DNA of 64,000 nt from a bacterium (lineage in GTDB: Bacteria > Patescibacteriota > Saccharimonadia > Saccharimonadales > SZUA-47), in contig JAUIBF010000002.1 in assembly GCA_030428125.1 (NCBI GenBank), positions 15,910 through 79,909 of the forward strand, in the 5' to 3' direction. Made by a program: the position numbers and the translations under genes. The notes below the pieces were generated by a model. It did not search any database. It was not told where the DNA came from and worked only from the letters and a program-made list of their open reading frames with translations. Positions 18,344-27,876 of this stretch are shown here, piece after piece. Numbering within the stretch: position 1 is the stretch's first letter; each line of letters begins with the position of its first letter.

Positions 18344-20154
18344 TAGTTAGTACCTTTAACTCTTCTGTATGCTTTAATCGCTTTCTTCGGTGCAACTTTT
18401 TTTATAACTCGTTTAGCAACGGGTGTAGGCTTTGATGGAGTTGGTTTTAGTTTCTTTTTGTTTTTTTCTATGGCCTTAGCAGACTTAAGCTGCTTGCTTA
18501 TTGGTCGGTTGACGTTTCGAATTCGCCTAATCGCTTCTTGTTCATCAGAAATAGTTGTAAAGACTTCGAAGAGCACAGGCTGTTTAAAGCAATTGATGTC
18601 CTCACTGCAGAACTCCACTATTTGATCGTCGTATTCTTCTTTGGTCGTCGCACTCATATACTTAAAATTTCGAGACTCTGCCCATGCTCTTGCACTTCCA
18701 TTGTGACCTGCGGCCGAAATGAACTCGTTCGTGTCAGAGCCCCACTGACTTTCTAGCCTATCATTTAGCCTAAACTCAACTCCACTCCCGTTATTAACCA
18801 TCAGTATTCGCACATTATTCGTAATGCTTCTTATGCCAAGCGCATTCATGTCATAGAAGAATGCTAAATCCCCAATTAAGCCAAACGACAATCGATTTTT
18901 GTCCGCCATTGACTGGCCGATTAGAGTTGATACTGGTCCGTCGATTCCAAATCCACCCACGTTACAGCTAGAGACTATGCTTTTGTCAATTTCATAAAAA
19001 TCCATGTTGCGAAGACTATTCAGAATGCCCATATGCAAAATGCTGTTCTTTGGAATATGGCGTGATAGTTTTGACGATATGTACGTGTTCGAGAGGGGCA
19101 TTGTTGGAACGGTTATTTTTGCCGTGACTTTTGCAAGTTCGCCATAATAATTTCTTGATTTGGCAGTCGCAGACGATGAAGAAACAGAGTCAAAAAACAG
19201 TCTCTCACTACAATAAAATACTTTTCGCAGTTCCTGCTCGCCTTTACGGTTGTGGAATTCGCCATCTTCAGACACTCGCCAAGTCACTATGTCCTTACAA
19301 AGCATTGGCGCACTATAGTCACCATGAATAGACCCGATATCTATCATTATGTCTGGGAGGTTGTCTGTCATTATTAAATCAGCTATTTGTGATGTTAGTA
19401 CGCGATTACTTCCTGTATAGCTCGATGTATGATCGTAAAAAACAGCTGCCCCGGTCCTCTTTGCAAATCTGCTAATTGAGTCTGTTGTCTCCTTGTCGAA
19501 TGGTCTGTGAGAACCAATGAAAATACCTACTTTTTTTCCAGCTAGCTCTTTCGATAGAGATTTAGAATTAATTGATTCCGAATCAAAATAGTCAATTTTA
19601 GTAATGTCTGGCAGCTTCTTTGTTGTAAACCTAAAAGATGTCACAGGTAAGTTGATGTGAACTGGGCCACCACCTTTAGTCGTGGCAAAATGCAGGGCTT
19701 TATTTATCTGAAAAACACACCTCTTATGATCTTCGTTGTCTTTCACTACAGGAAGCAGTGCTGCGTAGCGTTTTACGTCGTTCTGCGACACCGTTCTATC
19801 AGTAAGTTGTGGCACCAAGTCCGAGTAGTCTGGAGAGTGGTGTTGTGATGTTAGCGCTATAACTGGAAGATTTCTGTAAAATGCCTCTGTTAGTCCTGGT
19901 AGGTAGTTTCTTGAAGAGGTTGCTCCGGTACAGGAAATGACCACCGGCTCATTTGAAGCAAACGCTAGCCCACCTGCAAAAAAAGCAGCACTCCTCTCAT
20001 CTACTACAGAATGTACTTCAAAGAAAGAATCATTCTGAACAGAACGAGAAATTGGAACGTTTGTCATTCCTGGGGATATTACTATCTTTCGAATACCGTA
20101 TTTTTTTAGCAACGCTAGTACAATCTGAGCATTTTTGTCGTCTGTATACATCAT
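18343..20154 (-). CDS. thiamine-diphosphate-dependent enzyme, MenD-like, with Lys-rich C-terminal tail
   Basis: 603 aa. The N-terminus IVISPGMTNVPISRSV...VVDERSAAFFAGGLAFASNEPVVISCTGATSSRNYLPGLTEA follows the MenD/TPP N-terminal pyrimidine-binding pattern (APGSRSTPL...DERsaaFfALG). The GDLAFFYDMNAL segment resembles the TPP GDG-x-F motif. The last about 60 aa are K/P/A-rich. Confidence 0.7.
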   Translation of the reverse strand: MMYTDDKNAQIVLALLKKYGIRKIVISPGMTNVPISRSVQNDSFFEVHSVVDERSAAFFAGGLAFASNEPVVISCTGATSSRNYLPGLTEAFYRNLPVIALTSQHHSPDYSDLVPQLTDRTVSQNDVKRYAALLPVVKDNEDHKRCVFQINKALHFATTKGGGPVHINLPVTSFRFTTKKLPDITKIDYFDSESINSKSLSKELAGKKVGIFIGSHRPFDKETTDSISRFAKRTGAAVFYDHTSSYTGSNRVLTSQIADLIMTDNLPDIMIDIGSIHGDYSAPMLCKDIVTWRVSEDGEFHNRKGEQELRKVFYCSERLFFDSVSSSSATAKSRNYYGELAKVTAKITVPTMPLSNTYISSKLSRHIPKNSILHMGILNSLRNMDFYEIDKSIVSSCNVGGFGIDGPVSTLIGQSMADKNRLSFGLIGDLAFFYDMNALGIRSITNNVRILMVNNGSGVEFRLNDRLESQWGSDTNEFISAAGHNGSARAWAESRNFKYMSATTKEEYDDQIVEFCSEDINCFKQPVLFEVFTTISDEQEAIRRIRNVNRPISKQLKSAKAIEKNKKKLKPTPSKPTPVAKRVIKKVAPKKAIKAYRRVKGTN

Positions 20155-20159
20155 TATCT

Positions 20160-21701
20160 CTATCCTCTCTCTTTACTCCATATTAACAAATGGTCTCTTA
20201 CGGCACTAATGCTAAACCTCATTTTTGATATGAAATTGTTAGGAAAAATAATTATCGACGACTCCTCGATAATCACAATGTTTTTTTCTAGTCTAATTTT
20301 GGTGGGTGTTTGTTCATATATATCACGCATTGGGTACGGACTAACTCTTTTGACTCGCCACGTCTTATCGCCACGATTGGCAATGAATTTTATGCGTCGT
20401 ATATCTTTACTATCGACCGGTATTTTGATTTTATAGCTCGTTCTCTTGTAGGCTTTATCCTCCAGCTTTGTAGCTGTTGTCTCGATTGCGTGATGCCTAA
20501 GTGTAAAGTCTTCAATCAGTTTACTATTTATTTTCGCCTTGACGGTGATATCCTTAAAAATAAATTCGAGAAAATACCCTTCTATTAATATATTTCCGTC
20601 TGCTTCTTTTATGCTAGAAATCCTTGCTTGCATTTTTTTCATATGGTTAAAGATCACGAGTCCACACCACGTAAGCTTACCTTTTTTGTTATATACAGCT
20701 TCGGTTAATATGTCCTTTTGGTGTTTTCTGTTCAGCAAGTAGACTCTTTGCCATACATTGTTGAGTTTGAAGTCGACTAAAGTCTTATCGGATATCAAAT
20801 CTAGTATTTTTTTGTTTACTTTTCTATATCTTGTATAGTCTGCTGTACTCAGAACTTCTTTAGGAGAGTTTTGGTTATAGAACATTCTCCATCTAATTTC
20901 ATAAAGTGCCAAATACTGAAAGTAAACGTGGGGCAAACCTGTCTTTATGTCTTTATACTTCTCTAATAAATAAAGTGATACTTTTTCTGGAGAGTCGGTA
21001 TAGAACCTTCTCTCTGTAGTTGCTCCCGTGGTAATAGAAGCGTTTCTGTTGTCTTCTTCATGTTTCCTGTTGAAGTATATGCCCTCATCTATAACACCAA
21101 GCTTCATGTTTTCGGACAATACATCACCCATATACCTAGAATCCTCGTAAAACCTCGTACTTTTTTCGAACTTATGTCGCTTTGCTACTTCAGACCTAAT
21201 AAATGCGGGGGCCACTCGAGGGCATATGTCGAACCATTGAGGTTGCAACAAATCTATCGTTCTAGTCCCGTCTTCAAACTTTTTATTTATCGGGCGTTCC
21301 GTGTTCTTCTCTCCAAAAAGTATTACTCTTACAACTGCTACGTCAACATTCGTGGGCGCAGTTTCGAAATAGCTTGCGACAGAACTCAATGTTTCTTTAG
21401 ATATATAATCGTCAGCATCAACAAAGCCGATATACTCCCCACTCGCTTCTTCTATTCCTACGTTACGAGCTTCCGAAGCACCAGCGTTTTCCTGTTCTAT
21501 ATAATTTATATTCTTTGGAAATTGTTTTTGATATTCCTTGCATATCTCAGCCGAGCTATCTTCGCTCCCGTCGTTTACTAGAACAAGCTCTATATTTTTT
21601 TTGAAGCCGATATCCTGATCCAGGATACTTTCGATACACTGCCCGAGATACTTCTCTGCGTTATATATAGGCACTACAATACTTACCAGATGCGACTTCA
21701 T
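20160..21701 (-). CDS. glycosyltransferase family 2 with extended C-terminal domain
   Basis: VSIVVPIYNAEKYLGQCIESILDQ and FVDADDY (DxD) in the first about 110 aa. The remaining about 280 aa are unassigned. Confidence 0.85.
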   Translation of the reverse strand: MKSHLVSIVVPIYNAEKYLGQCIESILDQDIGFKKNIELVLVNDGSEDSSAEICKEYQKQFPKNINYIEQENAGASEARNVGIEEASGEYIGFVDADDYISKETLSSVASYFETAPTNVDVAVVRVILFGEKNTERPINKKFEDGTRTIDLLQPQWFDICPRVAPAFIRSEVAKRHKFEKSTRFYEDSRYMGDVLSENMKLGVIDEGIYFNRKHEEDNRNASITTGATTERRFYTDSPEKVSLYLLEKYKDIKTGLPHVYFQYLALYEIRWRMFYNQNSPKEVLSTADYTRYRKVNKKILDLISDKTLVDFKLNNVWQRVYLLNRKHQKDILTEAVYNKKGKLTWCGLVIFNHMKKMQARISSIKEADGNILIEGYFLEFIFKDITVKAKINSKLIEDFTLRHHAIETTATKLEDKAYKRTSYKIKIPVDSKDIRRIKFIANRGDKTWRVKRVSPYPMRDIYEQTPTKIRLEKNIVIIEESSIIIFPNNFISKMRFSISAVRDHLLIWSKERG

Positions 21702-21843
21702 TGAGTAACTACGAAAAATCCTTTTTGGAGTTCAATTTCAATATTCACATACTATTATACACACCCCTGTAGCTATGTTGCACAGATGAGCCACTCTACG
21801 ATACTTTATAAGTTCTTCATAATGACTGTTATATACTAGAGCA

Positions 21844-22260
21844 ATGAAAACAGTTATTACATATGGGACATTTGACCTCCTACATTATGGTCATATAGAA
21901 ATATTTAGACGTGCTAAAGAACTAGCAGACGGTGGAAAGTTAATTATCGGTCTTTCTTCTGATGAGTTTAATGCAACTAAGGGCAAAACCTCTCACATGC
22001 CATACGAGAAAAGAAAAGAACTCGTCGAAGCAATTCGCTATGTTGATAAGGTTATTCCTGAAGAGAATTGGGAACAAAAGAAAAACGACATAACAGAACA
22101 TGACGTCGATGTGTTCGTAATGGGAAGCGACTGGAAAGGAAAGTTCGACGAACTGAAAGATTTATGTGAAGTTGTATACTTAGAGAGAACTCCTGCGATC
22201 TCATCAACGGCAATAAAGAATGTGATAGCGGAACTACAAGCAATTGAAGCAGACTCTTAG
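21844..22260 (+). CDS. tagD: glycerol-3-phosphate cytidylyltransferase
   Basis: 138 aa. KTVITYGTFDLLHYGHIEIFRRAKELAD, a downstream RTPAISST (RTxGISTT-type) motif, and the size all fit TagD. Confidence 0.92.
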   Translation: MKTVITYGTFDLLHYGHIEIFRRAKELADGGKLIIGLSSDEFNATKGKTSHMPYEKRKELVEAIRYVDKVIPEENWEQKKNDITEHDVDVFVMGSDWKGKFDELKDLCEVVYLERTPAISSTAIKNVIAELQAIEADS

Positions 22261-22269
22261 ACAAACTAT

Positions 22270-23073
22270 ATGCTCTCAAAAATTATAAAAGACCACAAAT
22301 TAGCAGGTAGCCAAATATACTGGTTGGCCCTGCTTGATCTTAAGAAAACATATAGCGGATCAGTATTAGGGTGGGCGTGGGCGGTAATTAAACCAACCGT
22401 TATGCTAATGGTGTATTGGTTTGTTATAGGTTACGGGTTGCGTGGTAGTGAAAAGCTAATAAACGGCGTGGAGTTTTTTCCGTGGTTGCTCGTTGGTATG
22501 ATTGCCTGGCTATACATGAAAGACCTGCTAAATGCTGGGATTAAGTGTTTCAATAAATACAGCTACCTGGTGTCGAAAGTGAAGTTTCCCGTGTCCACTA
22601 TCCCGACATTTATAGCACTGTCTTCTCTGGTGGTACATGCTGTATTGTTGGCTATTGCTTTCGTCATCTTGATTCTAACAGACAACACTTTCTCCATTCA
22701 CCTTATACAGTTACCCCTGTACACACTTTTAATGGTTATCATGATGATTGCTTGGTGCTATATAGTCGGACCAATCTCAGCTATCAGTAAAGACTTCGCG
22801 AGCCTCATTGGCACCATTGTACAAACACTATTCTGGATGTCTGGCGTACTATTTAACATAGATTCGCTTAGTGATGGGGTGGTAAAGACGATACTTCAAT
22901 TAAACCCTCTGTACTTCATTATTGAAGGATATAGAAAAACCATTTTGTATGGAGAGTGGTTTTACCAAGACTTAGCATCCTTAGGGAAGTTTATAATTAT
23001 TCTTGCTTTAATGATTGCGTTCGGACTATTTATATATAAGCGAGCCTACAACGATATGGTGGATTCCCTATGA
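22270..23073 (+). CDS. tagG: ABC-2 type polysaccharide/teichoic-acid export permease
   Basis: 267 aa with six hydrophobic helices and the N-terminal LALLDLKKTYSGSVLGWAWAVIKP signature of ABC-2 exporters. It is translationally coupled to the following ATPase. Confidence 0.85.
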   Translation: MLSKIIKDHKLAGSQIYWLALLDLKKTYSGSVLGWAWAVIKPTVMLMVYWFVIGYGLRGSEKLINGVEFFPWLLVGMIAWLYMKDLLNAGIKCFNKYSYLVSKVKFPVSTIPTFIALSSLVVHAVLLAIAFVILILTDNTFSIHLIQLPLYTLLMVIMMIAWCYIVGPISAISKDFASLIGTIVQTLFWMSGVLFNIDSLSDGVVKTILQLNPLYFIIEGYRKTILYGEWFYQDLASLGKFIIILALMIAFGLFIYKRAYNDMVDSL

Positions 23074-23798
23074 GCGAGTCGTATGCAATAAAACTAGTTG
23101 ATGTTACAAAGCGCTATCGACTATTCAAGAATGATAAAGCAAAGTTGATGAATCTTTTTGGCAAACACAGCAAACCACATATTAAGCTCGCAAACGATAA
23201 TATTTCACTAGAAATAAAAAGAGGCGAAAGTGTATCAATACTCGGAAGAAACGGCGCAGGCAAATCTACGCTTTTAAAGATGGTTACTGGTGTACTCGAG
23301 CCAACATCAGGTGAAATCCATGTCAACGGTCGGATTAGTGCTCTTTTAGAGCTAACAGCAGGGTTCGATAAAGATATAACGGGTAGAGAAAATATTTACC
23401 TACGTGGACGCCTGCTCGGGCTTAAGACAAATGAGATTCAAGAGCTTGAACAAGATATTATAGATTTTGCTGAAATTGATGAGTACATTGATCAGCCTAC
23501 AAGAACGTATTCTAGTGGTATGCGCGCTAGACTTGGATTCGCCATCAACTCAAGTGTCAGCCCTGACATTTTGATTGTTGACGAAGCCCTAAGTGTAGGT
23601 GATGTTCAGTTCAGCAAGAAATGCCAGAATCGTATTCACTCCCTTATCCAGAAGAAACATATGACCGTAATACTGGTTACTCACAGCCCTCAAGCAGCGA
23701 GAGATTTTACGAGCCGCGGTATCGTACTTAAGAGTGGCAAAGTAATATTTGACGGCAATATTGAAGAAGCAATAGATAATTACCAGTCACAAAAATAA
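23070..23798 (+). CDS. tagH: teichoic-acid/polysaccharide export ABC ATP-binding protein
   Basis: Walker A GRNGAGKST, signature YSSGMRARL, Walker B ILIVDEAL. The RLFKNDKAKLMNLF leader is typical of TagH/Wzt-type ATPases. Confidence 0.9.
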   Translation: MSESYAIKLVDVTKRYRLFKNDKAKLMNLFGKHSKPHIKLANDNISLEIKRGESVSILGRNGAGKSTLLKMVTGVLEPTSGEIHVNGRISALLELTAGFDKDITGRENIYLRGRLLGLKTNEIQELEQDIIDFAEIDEYIDQPTRTYSSGMRARLGFAINSSVSPDILIVDEALSVGDVQFSKKCQNRIHSLIQKKHMTVILVTHSPQAARDFTSRGIVLKSGKVIFDGNIEEAIDNYQSQK

Positions 23799-23800
23799 CT

Positions 23801-24943
23801 ATGACTAATAGCACCCCTCAGCCTGCAGCCGAAAACGGAATTTACTATTTCCTTGGTAATATCACTAGTCATGCTCTTCATCTAATTCCTTTGCATAAAC
23901 TAGTAGGTGGGACGGTTGTTGTTCTGTCTGAAAAAGCAAAAAAAGAAATAGAAAAAACTTACCATTTGCCCGTACTTTGCTTGCAGGACGCGCCTGATGC
24001 AAACCTAGAAATCAACTCACAGCATGCTGAAACTTTTAAATATCTTGAAGAAAACGCGAAACAAATAATCTTTTACGAGATTTTTAAGTTTAACGACCGA
24101 AGTTTAGTACCTAAAAAGCCAGTGACTTTCTTTTTAACACACGGCAATATGCTAAAAAACTATATGGGCGACCAAACTCAACGCGAAAAGTCAGTCAAAG
24201 ATTATGACTACATTGCAGGACTCGGACCTTTCATGAAAAATAAATTCATGAGTGAAAATAAAATCCCTGAAAACAAAATTTTAGATATAGGTGTAGCTAG
24301 AACTGACGATATCCTAAATGGAGAGTCTCAAACGCAAAGAAAGGTCGAGACGCTTAATAAGCTACGACGAAATGGACTGACAGATAAACAAACTGTTGTT
24401 TCGTACATGCCGACTTATTGGGGCGATTCGTCTGTCTATAATACCGGACTAAAGGTTGTTTGGAACATTAAAAAAGAACATTTTTTGATAGTTAGACTAC
24501 ACCCACAAACAAAGAAGGTCCTTCAGATAATTTATAAAGCATTATCGATGCTAAAAAAGAATGTTCTGTTTGTCCCCAACGGGAACAAATTGGGAATTTC
24601 ACTAGAGGATATATATGCTATTAGCGACGTAATTATTGGTGATGTAAGTAGTGTTATGTTTGAGGCAATACTACTCAAAAAACCCCTGCTGTTCGCATAT
24701 GGTTCAGGAACTCACCGTCAAGACGAAAGCACTTACGATGCTATTTCTACCATTGTCAGTAACTCGGGTGAAATTAACGAGAAAAATGTAGGTCGTATCA
24801 GCAGTATTATATCGGAGTCAGTTTCTAATAAAATCGACAATAAAATATGGGACAAGACTATTGGCGAGACGTTTTTCTTGTGCGGCGGAAAGTGCACTGA
24901 AAAAATTGCTGAACTAGTACAGTCCTCTCCAAAACAAGTTTAG
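23801..24943 (+). CDS. CDP-glycerol glycerophosphotransferase-like protein (TagB/F family, divergent)
   Basis: 380 aa. THGNMLKN, SYMPTYWGD and RLHPQTKK correspond to the HG / APT(W/Y)R / HP motifs of the family, but they are divergent. Confidence 0.6.
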   Translation: MTNSTPQPAAENGIYYFLGNITSHALHLIPLHKLVGGTVVVLSEKAKKEIEKTYHLPVLCLQDAPDANLEINSQHAETFKYLEENAKQIIFYEIFKFNDRSLVPKKPVTFFLTHGNMLKNYMGDQTQREKSVKDYDYIAGLGPFMKNKFMSENKIPENKILDIGVARTDDILNGESQTQRKVETLNKLRRNGLTDKQTVVSYMPTYWGDSSVYNTGLKVVWNIKKEHFLIVRLHPQTKKVLQIIYKALSMLKKNVLFVPNGNKLGISLEDIYAISDVIIGDVSSVMFEAILLKKPLLFAYGSGTHRQDESTYDAISTIVSNSGEINEKNVGRISSIISESVSNKIDNKIWDKTIGETFFLCGGKCTEKIAELVQSSPKQV

Positions 24944-24944
24944 A

Positions 24945-26285
24945 CTATCTTTTGGATATGTTTACGCCTAATGCGAGTCCTGCGAGCAGCCACCACTGCA
25001 AAGCAACAGCCTCATTAGACCAAATATGCACTAATAGCCCGTAAAATAAATAGCCAGCGAGAGATGCTAGTACAATTAGACTGAGCATGTGTTTGTGTAG
25101 TATGTAATCATAATACAAATATCGAATTAGTAGAGTCGTGATGAGCAAAAACAATATAAGTCCTACTACCCCTGTTTCATGAGCAACTTGCAGGAAGTAA
25201 TTCTCTGTTAGATTTTCCCCACTATCGCTTTTCTCAGATACTATACCGGCACTTCCTGGTCCATGCCCTAAAGGTTGATCCAGTATGTTCTCTGTTGCTC
25301 TTTCGTATAAAATCAGCCGTTGCTCATTTGGGTCTGCTTTAGTCGTGGCTTCGTCCGCATGAAACACTACGTTTTTAAATATGTAGGTATCTCTAAACAT
25401 GAAAACTACGCCCAAAGTCACAACTAAGACAATAGAAGCGTGAGGCCAATACCTCTTTGTAGTGTTAATCAGCTTATCACTGTTGTATAAAGCAAAGAAG
25501 ACTGCCAACGAAACTATAAGAGCCAAGGTTGCTCCACGCGAAAATGTTAAAAACAAACAGATTAGAAGAACCGAAAGTACAAAAACTAGAAATGATTTTC
25601 TAAATGGCCTGATAAAAAGCTCTTTGTTAAACTTGTTGTTTAGTAAGGATACTCCTGTAAGTAAAATAGGAATTATTAGAAAAGCGCCTAACGAATTTGG
25701 GTCTTTTATGGTGCTCATAACCCGAGGAAAGTCAGGCTTATCGTCTATGAAAAAGTTTGGCTTCACACCACGCTCAAGACTATAACCAACCGACTCTAGC
25801 AGGTCATGAGGTAGGAAGTATTGGAAGACCCCGAATAGTGCGACTATAAGCGCCACCAAAAGACCTGCTGTAAGTATTGTTTTCGAATGCTTCTTTGCAC
25901 TAGTAGAAGAGACTACTAAATAACCGAGAAGCAGGTACCCAAAAATCCGTGTATTGTAAACGCAAGCAATAATTGCTGCGTAGGTTCCTGTTATATCTCT
26001 ATAAAACAACAGAAACAAGAAGTGAAGTAAAGTATATAGACCACTAAAAATAATAAACTTTCTGAGAAAACTATCTGCAAAGAGCCCTCGCTTATAAGCC
26101 CAAAATAGCATTCCCGGAACTAAGAGCACGATTAGAACATCCTTGGTAGCTTTCCAGACCTCTAAGCCTCCGGTGACTAAACTGGCTGATTGGGCAATAA
26201 ACACATGTAGCGGCATATAAACAATTAGCGCTAATGCTAGGAAAAAAAGACAATTCGTAACTTTGTCTAAGTACTTATTCTTCAT
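24945..26285 (-). CDS. O-antigen ligase / polymerase family membrane protein
   Basis: 446 aa with about 11-12 TM helices. The central loop ...LFLTFSRGATLALIVSLAVFF... is typical of the Wzy_C/O-antigen ligase domain. Confidence 0.75.
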   Translation of the reverse strand: MKNKYLDKVTNCLFFLALALIVYMPLHVFIAQSASLVTGGLEVWKATKDVLIVLLVPGMLFWAYKRGLFADSFLRKFIIFSGLYTLLHFLFLLFYRDITGTYAAIIACVYNTRIFGYLLLGYLVVSSTSAKKHSKTILTAGLLVALIVALFGVFQYFLPHDLLESVGYSLERGVKPNFFIDDKPDFPRVMSTIKDPNSLGAFLIIPILLTGVSLLNNKFNKELFIRPFRKSFLVFVLSVLLICLFLTFSRGATLALIVSLAVFFALYNSDKLINTTKRYWPHASIVLVVTLGVVFMFRDTYIFKNVVFHADEATTKADPNEQRLILYERATENILDQPLGHGPGSAGIVSEKSDSGENLTENYFLQVAHETGVVGLILFLLITTLLIRYLYYDYILHKHMLSLIVLASLAGYLFYGLLVHIWSNEAVALQWWLLAGLALGVNISKR

Positions 26286-26631
26286 CTTCCTCTGGCACTT
26301 CTAGTATGCGAGGAAAGCTCAGGTATTTCCTAAAATAATAAACGGCTCCAACAACCGATATTACTAATAATAAAACGGCGAACATTGGAACCCCACTACT
26401 ATTTGTTTTAACAACTGCGGAATTTTCTGTTGCCACCCCAAGCACTTCATTAGTACTGTTACCAGTCACTACTTTCAGTTTTCCGGTAATTTCAGTCTGC
26501 AATAAATCATCATTAGACTGCTGAACATTTGAGCCACTTATAGTTCCTTGAACCGTACCGGTTTGCGAACTATTTTTGTAATTTTGGGGAGATAAATTAC
26601 TGGCAGGTGTTCCGGATTGCAATGGATTCAT
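26275..26631 (-). CDS. hypothetical protein, Ser/Thr/Asn/Gln-rich with C-terminal TM anchor
   Basis: 118 aa. Low-complexity N-terminal half, the hydrophobic stretch MFAVLLLVISVVGAVYYF, then an acidic tail. It overlaps the start of the downstream ligase-like gene by 11 nt. Confidence 0.45.
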   Translation of the reverse strand: MNPLQSGTPASNLSPQNYKNSSQTGTVQGTISGSNVQQSNDDLLQTEITGKLKVVTGNSTNEVLGVATENSAVVKTNSSGVPMFAVLLLVISVVGAVYYFRKYLSFPRILEVPEEDEE

Positions 26632-26722
26632 CTTGCTTGAACTCCATAAAATACAAAGACTGAGAACACCACTTGAATACTAAAGATTCTGACAAAATTC
26701 ATTATTAATAGTGTAGCGCACT

Positions 26723-27010
26723 TTATGCCGCTTCGGACCCTTTATTTGAATGGTTGCCTCTTGAGCCAGCATGTTCGTCTAACAATATCTGCTCTGGGAA
26801 AGCTAACCGTGCTACTAGCTCCCCACAAAACGTGTCTACCGATGCAGACCTACCGCATGTACGAATTTCTTGAATTGCTACCATAACCATTTGCATTGAC
26901 GTGCCTCGTAAAGTAATTTGTTCACCGGGGATCACTATTACCTCAGGAGCTGGCGGGCCATACATTTGGCCGGCAAGAACAGGCTCACCTGGTTCTGTTA
27001 GTTCTGTCAT
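26723..27010 (-). CDS. hypothetical protein (orphan ORF in a locally GC-richer stretch)
   Basis: 95 aa with no recognisable motif, signal peptide or TM. It is the only ORF in a 600-nt gap, and its composition looks GC-richer than the neighbouring sequence. Confidence 0.35.
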   Translation of the reverse strand: MTELTEPGEPVLAGQMYGPPAPEVIVIPGEQITLRGTSMQMVMVAIQEIRTCGRSASVDTFCGELVARLAFPEQILLDEHAGSRGNHSNKGSEAA

Positions 27011-27139
27011 CTTTTTGCTACCTACATTTCTTTTGATATAGGCATCCCTCTGTCAATCCTTTATACTCCTCACGTTTAAAAAATCAAGGATTAAATTTAT
27101 AAACACACACTACTAATAATTCACTAGTTAAGCCCTTAA

Positions 27140-27178
27140 CACCTTACTGTACAAGGAACGTCCTTGTGCAGTAAGGTG
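27140..27178. repeat. repeat family 2 copy A: long palindromic hairpin
   Basis: caccttactgtacaaggaacgtccttgtgcagtaaggtg has about 17-18 bp arms with one mismatch. Related copies lie at 29792 and 30965. Confidence 0.8.
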
Positions 27179-27180
27179 AA

Positions 27181-27213
27181 AATATAAAAAGCTCCCGAGT
27201 AATACGGGAGCTT
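27181..27213 (-). terminator. rho-independent terminator of the 27235..27720 gene
   Basis: On the minus strand: AAGCTCCCG-tattact-CGGGAGCTT followed by TTTTTATATT, about 20 nt after the stop codon. Confidence 0.7.
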
Positions 27214-27234
27214 AGTAGGCATTAATTATGTTTA

Positions 27235-27720
27235 CTATGGAGCCGGTTGACCTACGGCATCGGTGTTAAAATCGGCTACGTTCGCATATCTTGTCCACAG
27301 TGAAAGTTCTGCTTCGCTCAAGTTTGTTGCCTTATCAACCCATTCCCTAACAAGATTTTCTTCGATTGACACTTCTTCGCCTATATTAAGTTGCGGCGAC
27401 CCCGCTGCAATGGTTAGATTCGTCTCTACGAATATAATCTGCTCGCCACTTAGGTTGATCTCGTTCTCAATTCCATAAATCTGCGTGGTTTTGCGTGCAA
27501 TTTGTGTGTATGAATCGCCGGGTTGTGCTGTAAATGTATAGCTCTTGGATTCACCTTCTTGGTTATTTTCAGAACTATCATCTTCAGACGTCTCAACAAC
27601 TTCTTCGCCTCCTTCTTCAGAGCCTTCTTCTTGCGCATAAGCAGGCATGGTTAGGATTAGCCCTGCTAGAATTGCTAGGACTACGACTGCTATCAGTCTT
27701 AAACTTTTGGTTAATGTCAT
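27235..27720 (-). CDS. secreted acidic protein with LysM-like segment
   Basis: Signal peptide MTLTKSLRLIAVVVLAILAGLILTMPAYA, then an E/S-rich linker. YTFTAQPGDSYTQIARKT... resembles the start of a LysM motif. The assignment is tentative. Confidence 0.55.
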   Translation of the reverse strand: MTLTKSLRLIAVVVLAILAGLILTMPAYAQEEGSEEGGEEVVETSEDDSSENNQEGESKSYTFTAQPGDSYTQIARKTTQIYGIENEINLSGEQIIFVETNLTIAAGSPQLNIGEEVSIEENLVREWVDKATNLSEAELSLWTRYANVADFNTDAVGQPAP

Positions 27721-27876
27721 TTTTACCCCCGCCCACCAATGTTAATTATTTGTACTGAAATTATATACTGATAAAGCTTAACTTATCAAATAAATAATCA
27801 TCTATCCGATATGTCTTTTGAGCTTTGCAAGAATTCACTTTACGCTAGAGTTGAATAGCTATTAAAAACCCCGGTG

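Noticed and set aside
26275-26631. Sortase substrate (cell-wall sorting signal) in the 118-aa protein
   Set aside because: It has a C-terminal hydrophobic segment followed by basic residues. However, there is no LPxTG/LAxTG-like motif upstream, and an additional acidic tail of about 17 aa follows. It is more likely a simple tail anchor.
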